The position numbers and the translations under genes are program-made. Below the pieces are notes generated by a model that saw only the letters and a list, made by a program, of their open reading frames with translations, was not told where the DNA came from and ran no database searches. Of a DNA stretch of 64,000 bases, positions 53,050-64,000 are shown in pieces. Numbering within the stretch: the stretch's first letter is position 1; every line of letters begins with the position of its first letter. The stretch is from Utricularia gibba. Its lineage: Eukaryota; Plantae; Magnoliophyta. The stretch spans positions 434,001 through 498,000 of the forward strand of contig NEEC01000011.1 in the NCBI GenBank assembly GCA_002189035.1, read 5' to 3'.

Positions 53050-56000
53050 TCTTAATTTGGCATTGGATGCATTAAGGTTGTTGATCACTTGCTGGTGGAC
53101 TATCTTCAAGGAATTGACAAGTTGTTCACCATTTCCATTAAGACGCCGCTGATCCACTAGGTGAGTCAGCTCCGTAGGTCCACAAGGTTGCACAGAATAT
53201 ACAACTTGAAAGAGACTGAAGCCAGTCGTAGGGTTTACCACGTGATTGTGGGCAAATTCAGCCGGGCTCTAGAGTATATCCCACCCCTTATGATCACTGT
53301 CAACTAGGCATTGCAACAGGTTACCTAAAGAGCGATTCACAACTTCAGTCTGTCCGTCCATCTCCGAGTAATAGGTGATGCTGAAATTAAGCTTGGTTCC
53401 AACTAGGTGCCACAAACTTTTCCAAAAATGGCCAACAAACTTTGTGTCACGATTAGACACAATAGATAAAGGTAGTCTATATAAACGGTAACTTCTCGGA
53501 AGATGATAGTAGCGACTACACTTGCATCCATTGTCTTCTTGCATGGTATAAAGCGAGCCATTTTTAAAAGGCGATCCACAACGACAAATATAGAATCAAA
53601 CCCACAAGCTATCTGTGGCAGACCCAAGACTAAGTCCATGCTAAGATCAACCTATGGTTGTGAAGGAGTTGGTAATTGCATATAGAGAGCTATGTTTGAA
53701 GGCTGCCCCTTCGCACATTGACAGACATGACATTGCTAAATAAATTTTGTCACAAGGCATTGCTGTCTAGGATAATAACTCTCGAAGCAAGATTAGAGTC
53801 CGATCTTGCCCAACATGGCCTTCCCCATGAATTTCATGGACCAACTGAATTTGTAAACTCAATTCTGGTATACACAAGCGATTGCCCATGAAGAGAAACC
53901 CATCAACCAAGGAGTAAACTGTGAAAATCCCCAAGTTAACAGTCCTAAGAATCTTAACAAAGTAGGTATCTTTAGAATACAAGTGAGGTAGCGTTTCAAA
54001 CCCCACCACATTAACCCACATAGTTGTTAAACACGCTCATTTGTGACTTCATGCATCCACCACTCTATTTAAGGTTCCACTAGTGTGGCGAATAGAGAAT
54101 GAGAATTGCTGCAAATAAGAAAACCAACGAGCTCGAGTGCCCGACAAACAGAGACTTTGTCCTGAGAGTGAAGATGCCTTAGGGAATCATGATTAGTCCA
54201 TAGAACAAAATCTTGTTGAAAGAGATAGTGCCTCCAATGCTTGACCACCTGCACAAGAGAAAATAATTCACGATTATAAGTAGAATATTTCAGCTTCCCT
54301 TCACTTAGCTTCTCACTGAAGTACGCTATGAGATGGCCTGATTGGCTCAACATGGCACCGATGCCTACTCCCGAATGCATCCCAATGGAGTTCGAATGGT
54401 TGGTTGAAGTCTGGAAGTGCTAACATTGAGGCTGATGATAGCAACTGTTTAATGTGTGAAAAGGCTTGCTCTGCTACTACGCCCCATTTGAATGTTCCTT
54501 CCTTAAGGTACTCCATAATAGAGGCCAATTTTGTGCTGAAATGAGGAATGAATCTCCGATAAAATGAGGCAAGACCATGAAAACTCCTTATTTCATGTAG
54601 AGATGTGGGGGTTGGCCATGTTTCAATTGCTTGCACCTTGGCAGGATGAACTTTGAGTCCATCTCCTGAAATAATGAACCCAAAAATACCGCATGATCAT
54701 TGAAGAAAATACACTTAGCAGGGGCTGCAGAGAAGCAAGCTGCCCATAGGGTATGGAGTATATCCTTCACATCTTTGATATGAGCCTCTCTGTCATGGTT
54801 GTAGATCAAAATATCGCCGAAATAAACCACAGCGCAACGTCTGATAAAGGGGCATAGCAGTTGGTTCATGACTCTCATGAATGTGCTCGGAGCATTTGAC
54901 AATCCGAATGGCATAACAAGCCACTCATATAGGCCTTCTCGAGTCTTGAATGTCATTTTCCACTCATCCCTTAGTCTGATATGAATTTGATTATACCCAC
55001 TTTTTAAATCAAGCTTGCTAAAAATAGAGGCACCATGAATTTGATCAAGTAAATCATCCAATCTCAGGATAGGAAACCAATATCTTACCGTAATCTTATT
55101 GATGGCACGACCGTTCACACGCATATGCCAAGTCCCCCCTTTTTTGGGTACGAGTATCGCTGGTATGGCACAGGGACTTAAACTTTCCCTGATGTGTCCT
55201 TTAGACACGAGCTCCTTAACTTGTCTCCTCATCTTCTCATGTTCCTGAGGGCTCATTCTATAATGAGCCTTGTTCGGTAAGGTAGCTTTAGGAATAAGGT
55301 CGACTTGATGTTGAATATCAGTAAAGCTTGTAGTCCCGAGGGTAGGTCATCAGAAATACAGCTTCTATAATGAGCCTTAGATTCCACTGCAGGAGCTAGG
55401 CACATTCTTCTAGTGACTAGAGCGTGCCCAACATCCCCATTAACAAGAACCTCAGAGGTGGAGTCTTCAAATAAGTCCTCCAAGCAAGCATCATTGTTCC
55501 CTTCATTTGATTTTTCTTGATCCACGTACAGGTTTCGTTTTCCCACCCTCCTACACTCGATGCTCTTATGACCGAGTTCACCACATGAGAAGCACTTCAC
55601 TCCAATGGTCGGTTTTCGGTTTGCTACCTCAAATGCCGGCTTGGATGAAGGTGGATTTGACTCCTTAACATTAGGAGTACTCAAAACAACATCGCCATCT
55701 CCTTTGCCTCCTTGTTTACCTTGCTTCTCTATTATTAATGCTCTATGAAATGCTTCACCTACAGTTAATGGGTCAAACATACTCAAAACGTCCCAACAAG
55801 TGCTCATTTGTTTCCTGTAAATCTGCTCGTGAAATTAGATGTTAGAAATCTAAAGTATGCTCCTTAATAGTTTTTTATCTCTGTCTCAAGCTTTGAAGCT
55901 ATAGGAAAAGGGTTCTCTGATAGTTATAGGGAAGAAACTCAGCACAAAGGTGTTTCTTCAACTTCTCCCAAGAGGTAATCTTTGGTTTACCCATCCAGTT

Positions 56001-58060
56001 TCTGGTCGCTTTCATCTATTGCCACCATGATCACGAAACCTTGTGGCCACCAAGCTCACTCTGTGATCCTCAGGAACTGCTTTGAATTCCAAAGCCTCTT
56101 TCACCGTAGGAATTCAATCTAAAAACTCTCTAGCATGTAGGGTTCCATGAAATTCCGGTAACTCAATTTTGAAGCCAGCCTCTCATCGCTGGTCACTGTC
56201 ACTATTTGGGGTGCATAATCGGACTCCACGCCCCCTATTCATTTTATCATGAAAACTAGTTGGTGGCGGCAACTCAAATTCACCACAAGTTGGGGTCCAT
56301 TGTGTTGTAGGATTCTGCTGGGAAAGTAAGCGCTCCATCCTTGAAATAAGTTGCTTCATGGCCTCCATGCATTGTTCCATGGAGGAGGAATTTCGGTTCA
56401 ACGGTTGCATTGAGTGTGCAAAACCTCGTCCTCCACATCGTGCCATAGATATCCTACCCTCGTTCTAGTGCCAAACTGATGTAGTTTTATGACAAGAAAT
56501 TCTAAGCAAGCTTTCCAAAGCTTGTTGTAAATCAGTAACTAGTCAAGAACCAAAATAACTAGAGCTAGTAATGAAGTATTACCTCAAAAAAGTATCAACT
56601 TAGAGGCCACATACTCCACGTCTTTGGGTAAGAAATAACAAATTAACGAGAGGTATTAAGTGTCATTTTATAAGTATTTATTATATATTATTAGGTATCA
56701 ATTAGGATTAAGTTTCCCAATTTAAGATTTATATTGGTAGGTATTTGATTTTATTAGAAAATTCCTATTTTTGTATTTTGCACACATTTTGTTGTTTCTT
56801 TTCGTGCACTTTCACCCAAAATGTTAGGAGACAGGCTTGGAGTGTTGCAAGAGAATTGCAGGAGACCAAACATTGACGTCTCGTGCCTTGTACGTGACTT
56901 GGGTCAATTGTGGGTGGAAGACTGACACTAGTTAGAACCCCTAACTTATGGGATGTTAGAGTTTATACCAATGATTGAGTGCTTACTTGCACACATGAGA
57001 AAGCTGGTGGTAAATGCATGACAGAAAGAATGATGGAAGTGGAGCAGAGGAAGTTAATGCACGTGGGAGTGGATTAAAACAAACTGGGAACAAACTTTTT
57101 TCGAACCTTTTCACGCTTCGTTTTCTTGCATTAGAACTTGTTCTTCCCCTCCATCAAAGGGAGGAAGAACACTTTATCTTTCCGTTTCATTTTCTGTTTT
57201 CATGGCTATATGTGACTAAACCCTTTTAGTTTCTTGGAATAGATGAAGTTTCGTTCCATGTTTTGAGTATTAATCTCTGTTCTTTATTGAAATTCTTCCG
57301 GATTTTTCATATTTCCACACGTCTTGTTACAGTCTTTCTCTAACGCCTCCTAGTCACAATCCATGAGTAGCAGGTCACTCTTCAAGAGCAAGGTGAAGAG
57401 CACCATCTCCATTCCTACCGGTTCAAGAGAGATAGTGAATTGTTTGTGATCGAGGTACTGCGACAGTAGATGGGTAGTGACCTCGTACACACCACTGGTC
57501 ATTGGCAACAATTGGACACACTTACAGAATTTGGTTTTGAAGACAATCGACGGCAATCGTCTTGTCTTCTAAATTGTCAAAGGGGGAACCATATGAGGCT
57601 ATTCCTATGCCTCTTTGTCAATCAGAGTGTAAGAGAGCATAGGCTATCCCTTGTTTCTATAATCAGCTATTTGGAAGGAATCAGTGAAGGCCGAGGCGAG
57701 AATAGACAACAGAAGGAAATAGAATCCATTTCCCAAGAACTATGTCCCTTAGTCAAGGTCCATTACTTGCGATATATCTTTTATTTCTGTATTGGAAAAA
57801 CCACTTTTACAAACGCGTGACAATTTATAAAAGTTTTCTACAAAATACTTTTCGCAAAACTCAACTCCCTGAGATTGAAATAGGACTAGTCGTCGGAGGT
57901 TTCCTGAGAATCTTGCCACTACAGCCTTTGGAACTTGTAATTACGTCAAATTCTCATTAGTCAATAACTGGCTCCCTCCTGCCCTAGTTCTCGTAGAGAT
58001 ATTTGAGGTGTTGGGCTGTGAAGAGGATTGGGCCGAATAAACCCAATCCTACCTACATCA
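53050..58060 (-). mobile_element. CRM-like (chromovirus) Ty3/gypsy element: 5' LTR plus decayed gag-pol, protease deleted, 3' end lost
   Basis: LTR bounded by the 8-bp inverted repeat TGATGTAG (56477) / CTACATCA (58060). Degenerate Met-type PBS TTGGCACTAGAAC. Zn knuckle [54 protein letters not shown], RNase H, integrase [24 protein letters not shown]. Many stops. Confidence 0.8.
56654..57880 (+). mobile_element. 3'-truncated LTR (family B) inserted in the CRM 5' LTR
   Basis: Starts TATTAAGTGTC (consensus TGTTAAGTGTC) and is homologous to the other two family-B copies. Similarity ends near 57880. Confidence 0.75.
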
Positions 58061-59712
58061 GATATTGTGACAAACCAAGGCAAATCCTAATGCCTCAATC
58101 ACTTTGTGCAAGACCTGTAGAATAACCAACAGTATGCACAAGAACAAGCCCATGATCATCCTACATTCAGGTTACTCATAAAGAAAAGAGAATAAAAATG
58201 TTCTTCTCACTAAGAAACTAAGGCTATGTTGCTTTTGTAAGGAGCACAAAATAAACAGCATGTCAAAGAATACCTTAGCAAGAAGCATACCAAAAATTCT
58301 AATGCATAGCAACTATCTTGAAGAAATAATACCAAAAACAAATGCTTAAATTCCAGCAAAATACCAAATGCGAGGGTGAGATAAGTGAATATATGAAATC
58401 GCATTTCATTTGAAGAAACAAGAAAATGATACTTCTCCCCCACTTATGTGTGTCATTTCATCTTGCCAATTTTAATATTTTTAAAATTTGTAAAGCACAA
58501 ATGCGTAGTACGGGTGTCAAATACAGGAAATTGTTTTTCAGTGAAAGGTGAAGTTACATTGAATACAACTATCACAATTTGCAAATGACTTTGTAAAGTA
58601 AAATTTGCAAGAAACGTGAATGATGAAGCTTAAGTAAGGGGGTAAGAGGGTTGTAAACAAGGAATGGAAATAAACGTAGCATGAACCTTAAATAAAGAGA
58701 ATGTTCCTGGGATTCGGATCCCGCCCAGCTACATTTGTTGCGTCTCTACTCTTCTATGATCTTCTCGAATACTCAGTTATAGAAGGCATGAGAATAGCCC
58801 GATGCTGCACCTTGGATGAACATGAAGATAAGAGGTCCTGCCGTCATACCCTCATGGTCAAATTGCGGACATATGACCAAGTAGGTCACTATGTGTCCAT
58901 TGATCCTGATGTACGCCCATAGACAAAACTTTGTCTCCCTCCTGCCAAAAGGGCATGAGTTGGTGCTTTCCACCTTGCTCCTCTTCAAAAATCGCAGGTA
59001 GTGATCCGCTAATCATGAATCTTGAATAAGAAGACTGTTATATAAAAACTGTAACATAGTTGTACGAAGACATATGGAACCCAATCAGATTGAAAGAAGA
59101 AATGAAGATCAACTAATGAAACATAGATTTGGGAATATCCTAATCCAGAAACGGAAGTTTCTAGCCGCAAACTGTCATACAAACTAAGGAAGGGAAAACA
59201 AGGTTCCTAGAGAGAAGCTAGAGGAAAATCCTCCAGAGAAATAAACAAAAGCTAAACTAAATCTAGGAAAGTGAATGCTGAATGTCCGAACTGAACTGAA
59301 CTAAACTTAACTACTCTGTCTGATTTTTCGTGTCCCCTTATTTCTGCTGTGAATTGGAGTGACTTGCACGAAAGTTCTGCATTAACACTGGTACACTAAT
59401 GATTTCATTTGTCGCACACTACCGTGTACCGCACGTCAAGGCTCATCATTAAACATCTTCAGTCTTCCGGAAATTAAGGAGATGTCAGTTCAAGAAGATC
59501 TGTTTTATCGCCATGTGGCGTGTCGTTTCCTTAACAAATTTAAAATATTTAAAACGTAAAACACCAAAAAGCGTAGTACAAGTATCGATCTCAAGGAGTT
59601 GTTTTTCAAGAAAAGTGTTTTGTAAGAAACTTCTACAAAATGTCAGGGTTTTGAAAAAGGGGGTTTTTAAACAAAAAAAAAAGTTACAACCCAAGTGATG
59701 GGCTTAACTATG

Positions 59713-61149
59713 TGATAAACGGAAATTTTCGTAATATCGTTGCAAATAAAAATGAAAATCCGTATCAAATAAATTTATAATCCCTAATCTACACAAAATA
59801 CAAATTTGGAAAACTTGTATAGTGGATATCGGGGTCGATCACGAAGAGCTTGTGCTTGCTAAGTGTTTTAGTACATGCATAATTTCGGATAACAGTAGGT
59901 CTTAGTCTAAGCTCAGACTAACAGTGGTAAACAAGTTCAGTAAACAAGGTAGGTAAGCAATATCAGGTTTCTACACTAAGGTAACAGGTACTGGTTTTGA
60001 CTCAGACTAATACGAGGACGTCTTAAGGATCTGCGGGTGGTGCCATACTAAGGTTCCTAACTTAATTGCTATCTTCCTACACTCACAACTTCGAATAACC
60101 TAGGTCTACCCAGGTCATTCATCATATTTTTGGCTTAAGCTAATCCCCATTATCATAACCAACATTGCAATTAGGTCTACCCACATGCAAGGTATATAGA
60201 ACTAGGTCTACCCAGTTCTACTGGTTCTACCTTGTACTAACACCGACTGCTCCCGTCTTGCTTTGTTGGTCTACCTCTAAACCAAGCTTCTAAGTTGTGA
60301 AACTACTTGTTTCCCTCCTTAGGTCTATCCATGGTTTGTTAGAAACAAGAGTTAAGGAATACACATAAATTTCATCATTAACTCTAAGCGCACACCACAA
60401 CCCTTTACCTTAAGGCATCCCTAAGACTCTAGCCACTCATGCTTTGGAAATAAAACACGATTTCATTCACATAAGCTGGCCAAAATGGCGGAAACATTGT
60501 AACAAGTCAAATGCAAAAACTTGAAATGTTCAGAAAAACGGAAAGCAAATAGATAATGTTTTTCCGCCCGCTATCTACTGTTCACAGCCCTGAACAGTAG
60601 TGCTGGGCTGGGCTCCGGTGCTGTTCTTGATGATAAAGGCCTCCCTTCTCCCCTCTGGTTGGTGTTTCTCCCGTTGGGGAAGAAGGCCCCCTTTGCGTCC
60701 CCTAGCTGTTCGCTTCTTCGCGCTCCCTTTCTTTTTTTCGAATTAATTTCCTTTTCTTTTGCTTCACTCCATTGTACTGTTTCTGACTGCCAGTACTGTT
60801 CCTGACCGTCAGTACTGTTCCTGACCGCCAGTACTACTCCTGGCCTGAACTTGCAGACTGCGGTGGCAGTAGAACAATGCCCTTTACCCTTCTCCGGATT
60901 TTGCGCCCTTTTTCGATTGTTTTACACGCTTGCAAGTCTGATTTTTGGCTCATCTCCCTGCTGAACTTACTGAAACATCAGTAACAAGAGTTGTGGATTA
61001 AATCAAAGGATTTAGTCCACTTTTCAACATAATCACATAGGATTAACATAAACACCACCAAAGCATGAAAAACCACATTTATCTAACCTAAACCATAATA
61101 AAATATAACTATTTTGCATTATGAATTTCAGGAAAAATGTGTGTCATCA
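59713..61149 (-). mobile_element. Solo LTR (family C, 1437 bp) with CTATG TSD
   Basis: TGATAAAC...GTCATCA. CTATG at 59708-59712 and 61150-61154. Excision rejoins family-B sequence. Confidence 0.9.
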
Positions 61150-61957
61150 CTATGGGACGCAGTTTCTGGGAATGAGATTCCATCTCCTTCCTTTATCCAT
61201 CCTCGCCTCGGTTTTCACTGATTTCTTCCTAATAGCTTGTTATAGGAGCAAGGAATAGCTTACTCTCCCTTACATTTTGATTGACAAGGAGGCATTATAA
61301 TAGTCTCATGTGATTCCCCCTTAGACGATTAGGAAGACAAGAGGATTGCCTTCAAAACCGAATTGCACTTGTGTGCCCAGCTGTTGCCAATGGCTAGTGG
61401 CAGGTCCAAGGTCACAACCTGTCCACTGTCGCGGTACCTTGACCACAAACAATCCGCTACTTCTCTAGAACTAGCAGGATTGGAGTTGGTGCTATTCACC
61501 TTGATCTTCATCAAAATCCGCGAGGAGTGGCCTGCTACTCATGGACCTTGACTAGGAGTCGTTACAGAAAGACTACAACAAGACACGTGGAAGTATGCGA
61601 AATCCGAATTGAATTCAGCGAAGAACTGAGTGTATTGCTCAGGACTTGGAAGGAAACTTCATTCACTCCCAGAAACTAAAGGGTTTTAGCCCAAAAGGGC
61701 CATGAAAACAGAAACGAAAATGCAAGCATCTTCGTGCTCCAAGTTCTAAGTACAAGAGAAAAATGTCAAAAGGTCCGAATCTAAGTGCTCCAAGTGGCTT
61801 TTATATCACTCCCCACGTGCATTAATTTTTTTGGATCCCCTTCCCATCATTCCTTCTGTCTCGCATGCGCCACCATCTTTCTTTTGCATGCAAGTTAGCG
61901 TCCAATCATTTTTGCAGACTCTGACATGCCGTAAGTCAGGGGCCTTGACCAGTGTTA

Positions 61958-62149
61958 GTCTCCCACCCACAATTGTTCCAAGTCACGTACAAGAAACGAA
62001 AAGTCAAAGTCTGACCTCATGCATCACTCCATGACTACCTTTTGACTACCCTAAAGACATGTCTCCCACCCACAATTGTTCCAAGTCACGTACAAGAAAC
62101 GAAAAGTCAAAGTCTGACCTCATGCATCACTCCATGACTACCTTTTGAC
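61958..62149. repeat. Perfect 89-bp direct repeat (period 103 bp) inside LTR B
   Basis: 61958-62046 is identical to 62061-62149, with a 14-nt spacer. Confidence 0.93.
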
Positions 62150-62984
62150 ATGTCTCGGTCAAAGTGTGATAAAAAAGATAGAAAATATATATAAAATAGG
62201 AAAATAAGAATTTTCTAATAAAATATAATTACTTATCAATATAATTCCTAATTGAGCGACTTAACACTAGATTAATACATAATAATACCTAATAATAAAC
62301 TAGAAAATGACACTTAACACGCCATCTGCTGCTTCATTTCTCATACCTCCTGCCATGTGTTCACCTCTAGAAAAACTTAAATAAAACTATACAAAAATAT
62401 TAGGTAAAATACAAGATTTAGGAAAATTATAATAAACTAGATAAAAACCTAAATCTTATATTATAAACTCCAAACTTAATAGTTTGTTATATTTAGACAT
62501 AAAAACAACCTAAAACATAGTAAGTGCCTCCCACTACCCCTCGTGTGTGTGTTCTGAAAATTTTGGTCGCCCCTCCTTTGCAATTCTCTCTCCTCATCCT
62601 CTTTCTCTCGCCTACCACTGCCCAAGGCAAGTACATTCTTTGACAAATCTGTTGCTCCTGGCCCTAACTTGTAGATTGCCGCCGTGACAGTGTACTCATT
62701 GCCCCCTGTAGCCTGGTGAGTTGCACGAAATCCTAATTTCTTCCTTGACTTTTGGGTTGATGCTAGACTCCAAAATCGGGCTAGACATGGGGTGGGCTAA
62801 ACCAAAAGGATTTAGCCCACTAATACACCAAAAATCACATTTTCCCTAATCAAATAAAAATACTTAAAACTATTAAATTAATAACTAAACATAATTAAAA
62901 AATTATGATTTTCATATCATAAAAGTAGGAAAATTTGTGTGCTATCATGAATATTTATTGAAATTTTATTTTCAAACATAGACT

Positions 62985-63200
62985 CAAAAAAACTGAAAAC
63001 AAAAGACAAGTGGATTTTTAAAAATAATACAAAAAGTGGCTTTGGATCTAAGATTCAACTTAATTAAAACTTGTCCATAATTGTGTGTATAAACCTTGAG
63101 AACTGACTTATTTGCGCAAGTTATGGAAGTATCATTCTAAAATAGTGCTACTCGGTGACCATTATAGTATCGTTACTTGTTCAGTGAGATTATAGAAACA
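62985..63200 (-). mobile_element. Fragment of LTR family F (homologous to ~27660-27880)
   Basis: Shares AAATAGTGCTACTCGGTGACC(G/A)TTATAG and colinear flanking blocks with the solo LTR at 27556-28706. Confidence 0.75.
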
Positions 63201-64000
63201 ACAAGTTAATTAGTATTTTACATGCGTCAGAATTTTTTATTTGTAATTTATTTGAATTTTTTTTGTAAATTACCTTACTTATTTTCAAAATGCTTAGATT
63301 TTAGGGCTGAATTTGGTAAATACATGTGTTAGAGGAGAGAGGTTGACAAAATACCATAACTTTCTGTTTTATTGGTGTTTTACATGGATTTAAAATTTTC
63401 ATTTGTAATCTACTAGACCTTTTTGTTCTAATTTGTAAATCACTTACTTTTTTATTTTTCTTTGTAAAAAGACTTAGATCTATAAATTTCTTTGTACAAT
63501 AATGCGAAAATAAGTTTAATACTACAAAAATATATTTTGTTTTATGAAATTCCAACATTTTTTTATATTTACATAATACCCTAATTTTCATTTTTCTTTT
63601 ATAAAATACCATATTTTAATAAATTCTAATTATTCTTTAAATTCCAATTATTATATAATAATAATAACCTAATTTAAATTAATATTGAATTCATAATTTA
63701 ATAGAATTATAAAATATCTATTAATTCACTTTTTTAAAAAAATTATTGGATTGCCTGTCTAGTTTAACAACCAGCACCCAAAGCTGGGCGCTGCGCACAT
63801 GATTACTCCCCCAGCTGGGTGTTGTGTGCATAGTAAGTGCCGCCCACCTGGGCGCTGCATCCGTGGCATGATATTTGATACGGAGCTTTTGAAGTGTATG
63901 GTGATTATTGGATAGACCATGTAATAATCTAATTATTTAAATAAAAAATAAAATGATAATAATAAATGAAAAGTACCTTATTTATTTTTCACCAACTATT

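Larger units (their letters stand above)
59514..62319 (-). mobile_element. Solo LTR (family B) with CGCCA TSD, hosting solo LTR C
   Basis: TG...CA termini. CGCCA at 59509-59513 and 62320-62324. Both halves align to the family-B copies at 40.3 kb and 56.7 kb. Confidence 0.88.
58061..62947 (-). mobile_element. Old LTR-retrotransposon remnant (family E) split by solo LTR B
   Basis: Right end GTGTGCTATCA (62947) and the motif GGATTTAGCCCAC resemble solo LTR C. Sequence on both sides of the CGCCA TSD is non-genic and LTR-like. The left boundary is undefined. Confidence 0.45.

Noticed and set aside
61958-62149. Direct repeats with a spacer, superficially CRISPR-like
   Set aside because: Only two 89-bp copies, inside a plant LTR, with no array and no cas genes.
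63770-63865. Repeated CTGGGCGCTGC motifs near the window end
   Set aside because: Possibly TE subterminal repeats, but there is too little context before the window ends to support a call.

Overview
Eukaryotic (flowering-plant) nuclear DNA in two contrasting halves. Bases 1-36,400 are compact and gene-rich, with many ~60-110 nt introns. The 11 genes are: a CIPK kinase, a small conserved unknown protein, HMG-CoA lyase, a CRT-like (CLT) plastid transporter, a P-class PPR, an RBP45/47-type RRM protein, a CDPK, an ABCG half-transporter (two apparent -1 frameshifts), a saccharopine-dehydrogenase-like Rossmann protein and a CCCH-RRM protein; a PIF/hAT remnant island sits at 24.6-29 kb. Bases 37,200-64,000 are a nested transposon pile: a TIR/TSD-bounded hAT, a near full-length Athila-type Ty3/gypsy element (TSD ACCAC), a protease-deleted CRM-like element and several LTR remnants. 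Four solo LTRs have readable 5-bp TSDs, one of them in the 27-29 kb island. I found no convincing novel multi-gene system. The most interesting signals are at sequence level: (i) the Athila LTR pair differs at about 8% over one 128-bp end but about 0.3% over the other 970 bp; (ii) several templated filler-DNA scars, one replacing the CRM protease; (iii) two GC-AG introns in one CCCH gene; (iv) ABCG frameshifts that may be homopolymer errors. All alignments, splice calls and family assignments were made by eye from memory of the families, without database searches.
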